Assembly: GCA_030141605.1 (NCBI GenBank) | Contig: JAQGDQ010000034.1 | Location: 744,001-808,000 of the forward strand | Direction: 5' to 3' | Source: Tubiluchus corallicola | Lineage: Eukaryota > Animalia > Priapulida | DNA: 64,000 nt | Shown here: positions 12,901-27,900 of the stretch, one piece after another | Layout of the letters: every line of letters begins with the position of its first letter | How positions within the stretch are numbered: position 1 is the stretch's first letter | Notes under the pieces: generated by a model | Seen by the model: the letters and a program-made list of their open reading frames with translations, nothing else | What the model was told of the DNA's origin: nothing | The model's database searches: none | Made by a program: the position numbers and the translations under genes

Positions 12901-15900
12901 CTGCCTTCTCCTCGCCCATTTTCTCTCCTTCTCCTTCGCGCTTCACCGCCTCGGAACTCGTCTCATCCATTTTCTCGGAGTCGGGCTCCGTTTTCATTGG
13001 GCCCTGCTCATCGGTTTCCATTGCTTCGTCCTGCACATTGTCACATAATTACATTCTTTTTAACTAATGTTGAGAAAATAAAGCTAAACTGAATTTAAAT
13101 GCAGATATAAAAGAAGGTTACACTCAAAAGGAAACTGTCATATTAAAGTAACATCTTTCACATTAAAGTAACATATAATTAATTTTAAAGGATTTGTCTA
13201 AAATTTAAGATAAAAGGCTTTCTTCGTGTTTAAGGACAAATTTGTTTGATAACCAACATCTAACAAAAGTTTTACCAATTACAACAAGCAAGTATTAACA
13301 TGTTTATCTGGTGACCCGTAATAAAGTCAGATAAAAAATCAGGGAAACAAGTCACAAGTTCAGCTGGAAAAGAAGTCACAAGGAAAAAAAATCATAATAA
13401 ATTTTGGCTAGGGCTAGGAGTTAGGCCCATCATTTTTTCCTGTGCCTCTTTTCTTCAGACTTTTTCTGTGATTCTTTTACCTGTAAATTTTCACCTGGAT
13501 TCGTTTTTCTAACACTTACAACCTTATCATCAATAAAAATGCATTTGCCAGAGTCTGTGCTTCAGCGAATAAAAATTACCCACCCGTTGTGAAGCCCGTT
13601 TTCCATCCTCCTCTTTCTTTACTTCGTCACCGTCGCCTTTCTCAGTCTCATCGGCAGTCTTGTCATCTGAAGAATTAAAAAGACAAGTCACTTCGCATAT
13701 TGGGTTTATTTTACTGCTGTCAATTAAACTTACAAAGCTGTAACAAAGAAATTTGCTAAAGTCTATAAAGCATGAAGTCAATTTGTACCACTGTAAAGAA
13801 ATTTTCAGGAGTGATAATAGCTGCCATTCACTTTGAAATCGTGACGTAACCGGGAGACTTTTCATTGTTGCATCGCGGCTTTCTGTATGCGCACACTACT
13901 TAAACTTATTAAAAACATCTGCAGCTTACCTATAGTTCACGCAAAAATATCACGTAATTAGCTAAATAATTTTTTTAAAAACTTATTATACTTTTCATGG
14001 AAATTGACGGCGTGCCGCTTTTCTTCCGTCGACGAACGTCGTCCCTGATAAATGGGTGCTTAAAACCGGAGCATCCAAGCAAGAAATGATCGCAACTTAT
14101 TACACGACACACTTATCACAATTTTGTTATTAAATAAGTGCTTTCGAGAAAGCTTGGCCTTTCGTTTAAACAAAAATACGTTACAGACATTTCAAGTAAA
14201 AGCAACACACATTTTTTCGAAATTTGCTAAGAACCGGAAAAACCGAAGGAATCAGCAAGAAATATTTTAACATCCTCGGCAGCAGAAATCTGGTTACTAA
14301 CAAACATCAAGTTACGAACTTCAATTACCACTGTGAATAAGACAAAAGGAGATCTACTGTTGCTACATTCGACAATTACAAAATGGTCCTTAAGAAATCA
14401 AATTAAGCACCTTTAATAAACTGTAAAAGTTTATATGCCTATGTACACAATATATGTTTACTAGTAAGCATGGTATAGGCTATATATATATATATATTAC
14501 AAGCATTAACTTTGTGATTTCTTGAGTTTTATTGTAGACAAAAGGATATATATATACTTGCATAAACAAATGATATGATATTCCTTCTAGTTCAAAATGA
14601 TATTTATCACTATGATAAGTTTCATTCAATAAAATTATTTTCAGGAATTTTGCAATTTTTCTCTAAATTACTTGTTCTTAAAAACAATTTTTCAACTTGT
14701 AATTTTTTAACAATAAAACTCAAGAAATCACAAAGTTAATGCTTGACCTTCAGATGCTTTGGAATATCCCGGGCATGACAACAATGAGAGCCATAATTAC
14801 CGTATTTTCCCGTGTATAAGAGACCCTTTTTTGCTCAGAATTTTCACTTTAAAAATAGGGGGTCTCTTATACATGGGAGTAAGTCTTTTCAATAAGATGC
14901 ATAAATTGTGACACTAATGATTTTAAAGAAATAAGTGCTCTACAACTGTTTTGCGTGTCGCGTTCGACTATGAAGCGGTTGTAAGCAAAGACACAGGCAT
15001 TATCTCCTCGTTTTCTCTTTTCCTGTTACAGGTTTGCAGGTACGCACTTTAATATATACCAGTACTCTTTTTCTACAACACATTAACTGGTTTTATTTTG
15101 TTTTCAGTACCGCACTGAGTTGAAAAAAGTTGTACTTTACCCTCTAAAAATGTCCGTCTGAAAAAACTTTTTTCCAGAATTTTTGCCTAAAAATTGAAGG
15201 GGTCTCTTATACACAAGGGTCTCTTATACACGGGAAAATACGGTAGTCGTAACTACCCAGATACCTGTTTTTTCTTCCTCTGCTTCCTTCTCCTGGGTCA
15301 TTCCGGCAATACCTGTACTATCCAAGCCAAAAGATGCATCGAGTACACCAGCTTTAATTGCATGTTGTTTAACTCTCGCTACGTGTTCCTCTATCATCGA
15401 ATGTGAAACTTCGTCCTTTAGTTTATTAAACTCATCTACATACATAAATCATATTACTTACCATTGCTTCATAAGTGCAAGTAAAATTCAAGAGCAAGTC
15501 AAAATTTGTTTTGTTAAGAAACAATTTTCCAAAAAAATTATAGCAAGTTTGTGACTCATCTTTAAAAGTTGCAGCAATACAAACTACAAGCATATGGACT
15601 TGCTTTAATTCCTGTCACTAGTTTTTGTTTACAATTACACAACTATACTAGAAAAACAACTTAAAGAAAAGGACGGGCCACTTTAGTATGTTGGGTCTAT
15701 TTTACTGTTAAGCTTAAGCATAGAAAAATATAGTAAAGAAATTTGCAATAAAATGCCTATAAAACAAAAAGAAAATATATTCTGCAGCTTTATTAAATTT
15801 TTAGGTGGCGGTAGCAGCCATCATACACTTGAAATTAGTGAACTTTGTGACATTTCATTAGTGCATGTGGCTTTCCCTAAGAACGCAGTGCTTAAATTAA

Positions 15901-18900
15901 TTCATATTTCTGTTACCTACCTAATGCTTATGCAAAAATAATGCAAATACCACGAAATCTAGTTTTTTTGTAAAAACTTATTATACGTTTAGTGGAAATT
16001 GATAGTGCGCTGCTTTTCTTCAGCCAACGAATATCATCATTGGTGGAAGAATGGACGTTCAAATTGTAAACGCCAAAGCGTGAAATGGTCGGGTCTTTAA
16101 AGTGATTTTACTAATTACATGAGGGGCTTATCACATTTTTGTTACTAAATCCTACTAACATTTTCCACATACATTGCAATAAGCCTACAGTTGATTTTAC
16201 ATTAGAAGAAATAAGGCAAAATAGGTACTGAAAGATGAAGACAAACTTTCCATTAAAAAACCCCAAAATAATGCAACATGTTTTAGTTTAACATCAACCA
16301 GTACATAAAATCTCACCCATGGCTGCTTTTGCAGAAGCGCTCGCTACCCGAGGATCGACCAGTGATGCCAGGAATGCTACAGTTGACATGACAGGGTTGC
16401 CTTGTTGAGAAAATGGAATGGGTTGAACAAGCGCGGCATCTGAATTATAAAACACTCACTATTAAACTACGGCAAAATTACTAAACTGTGTTCAATACCA
16501 CAATCGTTTTTTAAAAATAAATCAATTGCCTGTCACACTACAGTCCTATTTAGTGTAAAATTAAAAGGAAAAATCCTGCACAGTAATACAAACAAGTTTT
16601 AAAAAAACAGCACACTACACTGAACAGTCACAATATATTTAAAGTAAGTAAAAACGTGCAACTTGTACTTTTATGCCGCTTTACATAAAGCTGGATATCC
16701 ATAATTAATACTCATAGGAATGCTAATAACTAATTCTTTATTAAAGGAAAACCGGATGATTGTGTAAACATTAGTTCAGAATGAAGTATGCTTCAAAATA
16801 TTCAAAAATACAATAACTTTTTTAAAATCAAAACTTAAATTAAATAATAATTACCTCGAATACTCAAATTTTGTTAAACTTTCAAAGCTTCGCGCTGTTC
16901 AGTGAATCTACTAAGACTAGCAACGGTGCTTTTTTGTCACGTGCGCGTGGCCGACAAATAGAAGGTGGTACAATGATAAGCATGATCATGAACTGCAGTG
17001 TTTCTGACGTCATATGATGTAGAGCACATTTTCGTGACATCATGCATTTAAACAGTATTGTAACACTTATGCAAATGTGCTTGATGCACAAGGAAAGATG
17101 CCTGCCATCGCACAAACTGTGGTTAGTTTCTGACGTAAGCAATAGCTGTGTTTGGTTGCCGTTAATTAACTTTCTAAGCTAATAATTCAAATATGAGAAA
17201 CTATTGCTAACTTTTATAGGCAAGAAAATGTATCTTTTGGACAGTAAATGAAAATGAGATTGAGTCTAAACAATCGCCTGGTTTTACTTTAATATATAAG
17301 AGTTAATTAAAAATACAATACGCACCCATTGCAGCATTGATGTCTTCCATATACGGATCTTCTATAGGTAACTGAAGGAAATGTAGGATGCACTCATCTT
17401 GCGTTCTGCTGCCGATGTGCTCGCTAACTTTATTCCAATCATCTTTGTACATGTCTAACGCTTCAAGCAGGAGTAGGGTCTCTTGGTCAGTCCAATCCCG
17501 TACAGCGTTCGCTTTTCCAGCCTATGCATTAAAGCATAAAGTTACGTGTAGGAGCAGGACATTTGCCATGTAACAATGTATGCAATCACTATGCATTAGA
17601 GAAAGAAAATCTCCAAGGAATGACTTATTTGTGAAAATTTTTCAAGAATGCAAACTGCTTCACATAAATTTTACATTATAATAAGCATTACAACAATTAT
17701 CAAATAAAAGCAACACCACATACTTGTATATTTTAACATAAATTGATAGTAATATATGACTATATATGTTTACATGCCTGTATAAACAAGCTGATATGAC
17801 ATTTGTGCTAGTTCAAAATGATATTTTTTACCGTGATAGGTTTCATCCAATAAAAATAATTTTTTGTCCAAAATTTGCCATTTTTCTGATCAGATGGTCA
17901 TCTAATCATATCGCCAGTCTACGGTCAAATAGTGACCAATCATAATACAAGTAATGGATACCCTTATAGCAGCGATTTTCTTCGCATACATATCCGTCTT
18001 CAGAGCAACACTCGGTTGAAGAACAGTCGGCTGTTCGATGGCCGGGACAGTGGGTGCCGTACTCGAACTATCGGGAGGTGTAGCTCCGTCGGCGCTAGGT
18101 GGTACCTCTCCCTCTTTCGGTTGCTGAGGAAGTTCACCCTCCATGGGCGGTTTGATCTCTGGGGGAACGGCAACGGGCACAGCCATTGATTGCTAAAAAA
18201 TAAAAGAACTCTCACGGAGTTGGTCACATTTTAATCAAGTCACCAAATAGCCACAAAACTACACTTCTCAAGTTGTAAGTTTGCAATAATTAATTAATAA
18301 TTATAATTTTAATAATAATAATTATTAATTTGTAATAATTGTTGTAATAATTAAATTACTGATTGCCTGTAATTGACAAAAGCAATTCATACCTGAGTGA
18401 CACCTTTTGGAGGCAAAGGTTGAATACCAGAGGGTGTGTCAGCTAGAACGAAGAAATGAGAAGTAGGAGGAGGGCCCATGGGGGCGGGGCGGCACTCTGG
18501 GTCCACCTGATAATTAATTAGACCCCACTGCTCTAGAAGAGCATGAACCCTATATAAAAAGAACATAAGTTTATGCCTGTTTCGAAAAATTATGTAAACA
18601 CAAAAATGAAGTCCAACTAAAAATTATTAACAATCAAATCAAAATTAGACATTAAAAATTACAGGAAAGAACTTCCTATCCCAGTGCAGGAATAAATTTT
18701 TCCAAACTTTCAAACTTATTTAACCGGCTTATGAAATTAAGATAGCACTTTTCACATGACTTATGAAAACAAGTATTGTAATGATTTTGTACTTTGAGTA
18801 TTATAATCAGGTAGTATGACTTCAATTTTTATTGAATTTTGCAAGAAAAAAAATTACGTCAGAAAAACTGTGATTTCTGATATCTAGCTTTAACATGTTT

Positions 18901-21900
18901 ATTGTCTAAATGGACAACTAAATCCTACAATTCAATTAACCTCAAAAATGATGTAACTCAATTGTTTTTGCAATACCACACAAACTTACAGTTTAAGAGA
19001 ATTATAACGTTTTAGAACTATACATGCTCAGATACGCACATTACCGATATGCGTTTACCTCATAATTGCACAGACATCTCCAGCCAAGTTACGCCTACAC
19101 GCTGTACTCGTCATGTACTCTAGCGGATTTAAACGGTATGTGTCGACCATGAAATTACGGAATGCCAAGTAACTGAAATAATCAACACGATATGGTGGCT
19201 GAGAACAAAACTGTAGCGCCACCACATGCTTTAAAGTTAACAACGATTAAATAATTTCTTACAATAACATATCAGAGCATCAAAAACTTCCAACAGGTGA
19301 AGCCATGTTTTAGCAGAAATGTTTGCTAAGCGTGAACTGGAAAGTGAATTTAGCGGTCCACTTCACCAACTGTCAAAAACTCTGTTTATCAGATTTCCCT
19401 TGGGTGCGTCTTACATAAATATCTGCTCACCCATAAGTGGAATGAAACAAAGGCACTATGTGATAACTTGACAAAACTGCAGTGAGTAAACTTTTGCTTA
19501 AGCCAAAAGTTTCCGGGACCTCGGCTCTTTTCTAACAATCAAAAAGGCCAACAGTTGCCAAAATATTCTCGCGACTGTGTTTTGTCTCAAATTGCTCATG
19601 CGAATTCGTGCGACCTTCGCCACATTTTTGCGAATTTCGAGCTTTTTATGGAGCGAAAGTCGCGAGAATATAGCACGATCTTCGCACAACATGTTTACGC
19701 ACATTTGACAAATTCTTCGACAAAGCAAATGTCGCACAACATTTGAGCGAGTATTTTGCAATCATTTCACGGAATTTGTGAAATTGTCGTGAAACAACCG
19801 AGGTTCGCCAAAGTAGTCGCAAATTGGTCGAAAAACAGTCACAAACTGGTCGAAAAATAGTCGCAACATTCACAAAATGTTCGAAAAGATTTTGTGGCCT
19901 TTTGAAATTGCTGGCAAACATGAAGAATTTGCAACAAATTTGTGAATGTTTGGCAAATGTTACGACAATGTTTCGACAGTTTTGGCGAAGTGGCGAGTTT
20001 TGCAACTCTGGTAATAAACTTTAAACATTTTAAAATACTTCTCCGAAGTCAGAGACCTTTTTGCAACAACGGCAAAGACACGCGAATGCTTTGCGACTGG
20101 CGGATTCCAGCAGACAGAACTACGGACCAAAAAACAAACACACAAATTTCGACACTGACCGGAGGTTATTTGCCTAATACTGATTGATGATTGCTATTTG
20201 TACTTACATCTCAGGAGACTTGGATTTATTTTTCGCATTGAAAAATTCCGGCAGAGCTCTCCGTTCAATCGCATGAATGCTAAACAACAAATAAACACGT
20301 AATAAAAGACAAGTTAAAAAAATCTCATTAAAGGCCAAGTCAACCTTTTTCTGAATCGAGACTTAGAACATCCTAAGAACTACGCTGTACAATATCTCTC
20401 ATTACAATATCAATAATTAAAATGCCTCTTAAATAAAAAGAAAATCTCAAGGAACTTATTTCCGTTTAAACATTTTGTGAGGCCCAATACTAATTGGGCA
20501 AAGTATGCACAAAGATATTTGTGGCAAAAAAGTGCGGCTAAGAAATTTTGCAAACCAACAAGATCGGTGAATTTTAAGTGAAAAATGTGCCAATAACATT
20601 CATAACATTTCATTAACTTACATCAAAAATTGTGATATTCTGAAATGGGTTGAGAAAAATTTTAGTTGAAAACCAGAAGCAAAAACGATGCTTTACAAAA
20701 TCATAACGATAAGAATTCTAAACTTGCCTGTTATAATCAAACCACGCAGCATAGCTGGGAATGACAATGTGATGTGATTGTTCGGTGATATGATCTTCCT
20801 GTTTTTCCGCCACTTTTTTCTCCTCTTCCGCTTGCGCGGCCGGAGACGTCGCCTCTCCGTCTTTCTGCTCTACTTTGCTGTCACCTCCAGCATCCTTGTC
20901 AATCTCCATGGGAGCTGCATCTTTTATGGCTTGTGGTTCGCCTTTCACAGCTGAAATTAACACATTCCGTTGCTAGCTCATGTCGCACACTTACGTTTCC
21001 TGAGCTTTTCAATGCAGTTATTAACATAACATCACGCATTGTAAGGCAATATAATTTACAATATATTAACGGTAATATAACACTGCTATAACTGTTTGGG
21101 ACAATACTTTCATTTGCTTTTAACTGCAATTAGAGACAAAAATTAATGAATATTCTTAAGACTTATTTTCATGCAAACAGAATATTATACAGACAAAACA
21201 GCTTGCCAGCAGGTGGCCGTGAATGCAGGTGCAAAGTACTAATACACTTTGGAATATAATTAGGAATGGAACAGCTTTGAATGGAATATGCCAAATTTCT
21301 AGCATACTAAGTGTAAGTAACTTGAAACATAAAAAAGCAGCTTTTCTAATACTTAGCAGAAAATTAATCTTAAACTTAAAAAATCTAGCAGGGAAATATT
21401 ATCTGCTTTTTCAAAACAATGCGTTAGGACCAGGTTAAAGGTATGGACATGTGTTAACTAAACTATGCACATCATTTGCATAATATATAAATAGCCAATT
21501 AACAGTAAACAAAATAACGAGCAACAATATTAATAAATTCACTAGTTTTTTAAAGATAAAAATCCAGTCATTTAGTATTACAATTCTACCAGAGCTGCAA
21601 GGTTCTTCGTAAGTTTTCAATGCACTATTGTTCATAGTTTTGTTTGCAAGCAATGCACTCTAATGATCAAGAACTCAACAAGGCAAAAGTTTGCCGACAT
21701 TTACCCGAGGGTGCTGGAGACTCCAATGCACTCGGCACAGATGCTGGACTCTCTTCCTCTTTTGCAATATCTTCCTCTTCCGATTCATCCTCTTTTGGCG
21801 CTTTTCTGGTTGATGCTGCCGGACTTCTGGTGGTGCTAGAAATATAATTTCACTTCAGATGTATGATTTAAACATTTAGTCTTTTGTGGGTCATCAGAAA

Positions 21901-24900
21901 TCTCTTTCATGGGATTAATTGGAGAATTTTTTGTTTGTAATAGTTTTAAACATTAACAAAGTCATTTGCTAATATAAAAAAACATTAATTATCAAAAAAT
22001 ATTGATTTGGCATTAAAAAATGATCTCACCCTTTGCGCTTGGATCGTTTCTCTGCGGTCGGAGAAGGAGAACGCTTCCTCTTACTTTTTCCCTTCCGTTT
22101 CTCCTCTGTTGCAGGCTTGATGTCACTAGTTGTGCAGCGTGGCCGAGAACCTATACAAAAATATGGGAGCCTATCTAAAAATTTGCGAAGTACAAAATGA
22201 CCCGAAGCTAATCATAAGATAGTCTCAATAGTCCAAAATTCTATATTGAAGGAATGTAAACAGCATAATATCACAAGAATGGTCAATCACATTTGCTAAG
22301 AAACAATATAAGTTTTGTAAAGATACATGGGCAAACTCTGATTTAACTTAATGATTAGCAAAAACAACAACAAACAGGTGGAAAATACATCAATTCACAA
22401 ATTTAATCAGAAGCTTTTAACACACTGTGCCCATCGTCAGACAAATAAAAAACGAAATAAAGTGATCTCAGGACTTAAACAGAATGCGTAAACAATAACA
22501 ATAACGCAAAATACGTTTTTAAGCAAAAGCAGTGAAACTTATGTTAGAAAATTGGATGTCAAACTTATTGTGCAAATTTTCTTTGTGATCGTGTGATTTT
22601 TAAGAAATAATCGTAAGATGATAACGCTAAAATTTTAAAGTTGTTTTTAGAAGTAATGATCAATCAGATTAATGTGGTTTTTTTATAGCAGCATGAACAG
22701 GTACAGTAACTGTTCTCCCAGTTAAGGTAGAGGTCTCACAAATTTCTCCAGTTCTTTTATTTTAATTCTCTATTAGCCAATCAATATACAAAACAGCATT
22801 ATAAATTTAACAAGAAGCTTTAATAATAAAAATAAGGCTCAAGATACCTCAGGTCAACTGTCATCAATGATATACATAATTTATACATAAAGATATAGCA
22901 ACCTTAAACAATGTCGTAGCACCATGAAGTTTAATACGCAAATCTTGATATATTTCGTTTTTAAATTTTCCTCCAATCTCGGCAAACCTTATACATGAAT
23001 CAAACAGGGCCTTTGGCAATATTTTTTATCCATTTTAAGACTATGTGACCACAGTAGCCATTAGCAATGAGGTGCAAAACCAGCTTGGCATGAGAAACTT
23101 CAATCACCAATTGAAGCTCAAAGCAAGGACATATTTTTCAACATCTTCACAACTCATCATGGGCTCTGAGAGAACTTTCTGAATGCAACACACTCGAGTT
23201 GCCAGTGGATTGCTCACTGAAACTCTTGCGGTCCCTGAAGAAGGTATTGAAAGCAACAAGGCCTAATACGTAGTAATTTTCATATTTTCATCTAATTTAG
23301 CTAAAAGAATTGCAAGAGGGTTTAGTTCATCTCTACGAAATTTCAAATATTTTGCTTTGTTTGTTAAAAAATATAGAAAATGTACAGTGTATAGCGACTT
23401 ATGAGACACCCTGAACATAAAGAAAGGTTTAGAACATGGGTTCCCAACCTTGGGGTCGCGACCCCAATTGCGGTCGCCAAGCAGCCTTCGTGGGGGCTAG
23501 TCCAAAAACTATTTTAAAAAAATGCTTTTTAAAAGATGCTCACTGCATCAATAATAACAAAATTTAAACCAAACATTCATGCTTTTTCTAACCTTTCTTT
23601 TTCTTTGGATCCCAGTTGTCAGTAACATCATAATCTTCCTCGTTCATCCACTCATTAAACTCGTCAGTATCCAAAATCCATCTAGCCGTCACCTCCCATG
23701 GACCTTCATCTGGAGACCATGACTCTTGTTCCACCTCAACTCCAGTCATCCACGTGTCATAACTGCAGCAAAAATAAGCATGTGTCTCAACTATGACAAT
23801 TACATCAATAAATGTCACAGCAAGCATGTGCCTCAACTATGACAATTACACCAACATATGCCATAGCAAGCATGTGCCTCAACTATGACAATTACACCAA
23901 CACGTGATAGCAAACACGTGTTACAACTTTGACAATTATACCCATAGATGTCATAGCAAGCATGTGCCTCAACTATGACAATTACACCAATGAATATAAT
24001 AGCTAAGTTAAAAATTAAGTTAAATGCAAATCTTAGCTATGACAAATAAATAAATAAATACTGACAAAATAGTAGAACTAAGCATGCGTGTTAACTATGA
24101 CAATCACATCTGTGCATGACAAGTATTTAAGAATAAAACAACTAGAGAGTTCTCTCAACCAAGATCATAGTAATTGAATGATTAAAATGCAATAGTTACA
24201 ACATAACGTATAAGCAAATCTGCATAAATGTGACACATTTAATGCCTCTCTAAAATCAGCCTTTGCATTTTGCTTGCATCAGCTATATTTTTCATGTTTG
24301 TACTTCCTGTTTGTACAGCCGATTCAGGTACGACAAAAGGCAATTAATCCACTATTTGCGTTTACAAATTCTCCGTAGTACATGGATGGTGGACAGAAGA
24401 AAATTATTTCAATTACGTCAAATTTATCTATTGTTATACTTTCATCATGCTTCCTTTCAACTTTTCTATAGTGCTGCCATCTTTAGGAATTTTGAGTTAA
24501 AATAGCTAAATCTTGCTCTTTACTGTTTTAAAGGAAGACAGGATGAGTTTTCACCTACAATCCCATTATCAAGTCCGATAAAATGTATACATTTTAACAG
24601 AATTAATACTGCAAAAGTGTTCCTGATAATTAAATAATAGATTAAAAACTTAATTACCGGAAGGCGAGTCCAACTATTGATGACATCACAAACTAACATG
24701 ATTTTCATCAGTAAAAATATTCCACGAGTGTGTTACAGGTTTTGCAAAAGCAAAAATTGAAGTACAGCACTACTGTAAGATATTCAGTGTGTTGTGGTAA
24801 AACTAGACAAGTTCTAAGATAAAAATTCAAATTTCAAATGTACAGCTGTGTTACGCAAGAGCTGTCGAATGCATGTAGTTTGTCAGAAAATTACACATCT

Positions 24901-27900
24901 TAACTGAGAGCTACAGCACCTGCTTTTTGTGTAATGGATTTCTGGAAAAAAATAGCATGTTTTCTTTCAAATATTTTAATAAGTAGCTTGTTTTGACCTA
25001 CAGTTTAAGATTGGGTCCGGTTTTGCTTTAAATTTCAAGAGCTTCTACAGCGTACATGTATGCATAATCTCGATCTGTTTTCACACCTGAGCTGATTTCT
25101 CCTATAATTTTTGTCTCTTGTTTCGCAACTTTTAACCTCTCCATGACACTACTTCAGATTTGCTGTGCAATAAAATCTTAAAACTAAATTTTTTTTGTTG
25201 GTTTTAACAAGCCAGATGGAAGCATCCAGGTTATGTTGAAACTGCAGACTGTGTAGTTGCATTCACTTTGTTGGTAAATTTATAACAACAAATATATAAA
25301 CAACAATCTATAAATACTCTAAACCACAAACCTGTCAGGTGTGTACCACCAATGTAACAGTAAAGAGCGTTCCCTTTTAATCACCGGTCTGATCCATTCG
25401 CCCTCTGGAGGATTAGTGGGTGGCGGATGTATGATGTGCGTGGCTTTGTCCGGCGCTTCAGCAATTGTGCCCTTATGTCTAATAACAATGTCTCTCAATG
25501 TCCCAACCAAAACCTTGTCCACATCGGAACGAATGTAAACGCAGGGCTGACCTATGCACTTGTTCTGAACGAGAGTCCGTTCCATGTTCATAAACATCTC
25601 CACGTTCCGGTCCATTCTGGATGGAGACTGGAAGTCGAACCGCCTCCTGCAAATCGGGAGAGTATATAGTAATTTAAATGCAAAAGTATTAAAACGTTAA
25701 ACAAATACTTCAAAATACAACTATTTCTAAAGCCTTAATTATTTTGCACCTACCTCAACCTTCAAATAATGAAATTGCTCACAAATTCATTCAAAAGCAC
25801 CACGCTTCATATTTGCAACATGAACAAATGATCACAGACTTTATTTGTACCGTTCCAATATCTTCAACAGAACTATGTTTGCAAAATGCTAATAAGTAGC
25901 TGCAATTAACATGCACAAAAGATTGTACATAAAATGTCTAGTTATACATAAACCTCATCACAAAAACAGGACCAGAATTTCATTATATTTTGCCAGAATC
26001 TAAGCAGATTCTCATCATGACATTTTACAAGAATCCAGAGATTCGAGGTCGAAATTTCGTAGTTCTAGTACGATGAATAATAATTACTGAAACAGCAAAG
26101 ACTGAATTTCGATTACAGTGATTTATTTATTATAGGATTATTCATGAATATCAGTACTAACATCTTTTACAGAATGTGACCTAATATTTCAGACTGACTC
26201 TCCAGGCTACGGTAATACCGTGTTTGAGAAAAATTCTGTATGCTAAAAACGAAAAATTTTACTGATAGCGTGACAAATCGGCCATTTCCAAATTCTATAA
26301 CAATTGTGCCTCAACTTTGCATTCCTGTTGGCTTGACATCAAGGGTAGAACCCTGCAATTTTTATGTGCAATGTGCAGGGGAAAGAGCAGTGCGCCAAAG
26401 ACACTTGGGAAGTAACTAAGTAAGCTCGCAAGTGAAATATGGAAGTGTACATGCTAGCGTAAGGCAAAAGCCGAACAGTTACATTAGTGCCAGTATTTCT
26501 TTTATTTTTTTTTAACATTCAGGTAAAACCAGCATGAATCTAACTAACTAACAGTAACTGCGAATGTTTAGGCAACTGGATTTGGGGATTCGCATCGAAA
26601 TTGCGTCCCGAAAAATAAGTACAAACAGTCTAAAGCTTACCATCCCTGCTCAGATTTATACTTATAAACGGATGCTAAAATGTGACATAATGAACCTCCA
26701 GGCTTAAAATCCAGGAACAATTTCATCTATAATAAAATAAAAAAGTGATCATAATTCGAAACAAGAAAGTACTTACTTATATGTACTTATAAAGTCTGTT
26801 TTTTTACAAACTAAAAGTAGAAACAGAAGTAGTGGAAAAATTTATCAGCTGATGTCATAATGTAGAAAAGATTAAAATTTGTTATAATAATTTAATAGCT
26901 ATTTACAAATTTTAATAATTTACAAACTTCATAAATCATAATGAGAATTTTGCTAAACATTACAAACAGTTTTGACGTTAAATGTTAAAACAAAGATAGT
27001 GATGAAAGCCAGCGTGCATTTGGGAATTTTGGGGCGCCATTAAAATAATGCAAAAAGCAAAATTCTTCTACTTCTCCAACTTAATAAACATGGATGATAG
27101 ATAGGAATATTCGCTAAAATTAGAAGAAAAAAATTGTGCACTTTTGAGCACAAAAGTAGTTGCACCAACTAGAAACTTAGAAAATGATATACACAACTCA
27201 CAGGCAGTCTCGTTAGCGGTGGTTTACTGACTTGTTTACCAAATGCATCTTCCTGAAACTGTATGAGCTGAATGACTAGCGCCACAAGACTCTTAGTAGT
27301 TGGTGGATCTGTCTGTACATACTAAAATGAAGTAATATTATAGCTATTACATCGTAGTCACATGATAGTGCAGTCAGGTACAATACACGTACAAAGGTAA
27401 TATACATGTACATACTCACCACTAACTAATAGCCTATATCTATAACAAATGTATAGGTTATGATACCTATAGAAAGCTACAATTTGCAGTCGAAACAATG
27501 TTGCTCTTGAAGAACCACAAATAGTCGACAATTTGAAACATATCAGTTTATAAATATATCAACGTGTGAACAAAATCAAGTCCGAAAAGCAACCACGACA
27601 TTCAAGATTAGTTGATTTACTGCCAATGCTAAAAATTATACAAAATTTAAACTAAAAAAAGCCCAAGAGAACATATTTATTAGGCACAGAATTAGTATAC
27701 ACCTTCATAAAGTGATGACGATAATAATAATTATACCTCAAATTACACAATACAAAATGAGATAAGCATTGTATTGTCACATGCCTTACTGGAGTTAGTA
27801 TACTTTAGGTCACAAGTACAAAATATGCAAAAGACAATTCCGGTTGGATGCATACAAATTTAGTTTCTCCAGCGCAGAGGTAAATCTACGGAATTCTCTG

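Noticed and set aside
17522-17961. Possible U12-type intron (donor GTATCCAT, weak pyrimidine tract, CTTTAAT near the acceptor)
   Set aside because: The donor deviates from RTATCCTTT and the putative branch point is too close and degenerate; it would need intronIC scoring.
23776-24110. Repeat with a conserved core and variable linker, superficially CRISPR-like
   Set aside because: The linkers are only about 13 bp and related to each other, the context is a eukaryotic intron, and there are no cas genes.
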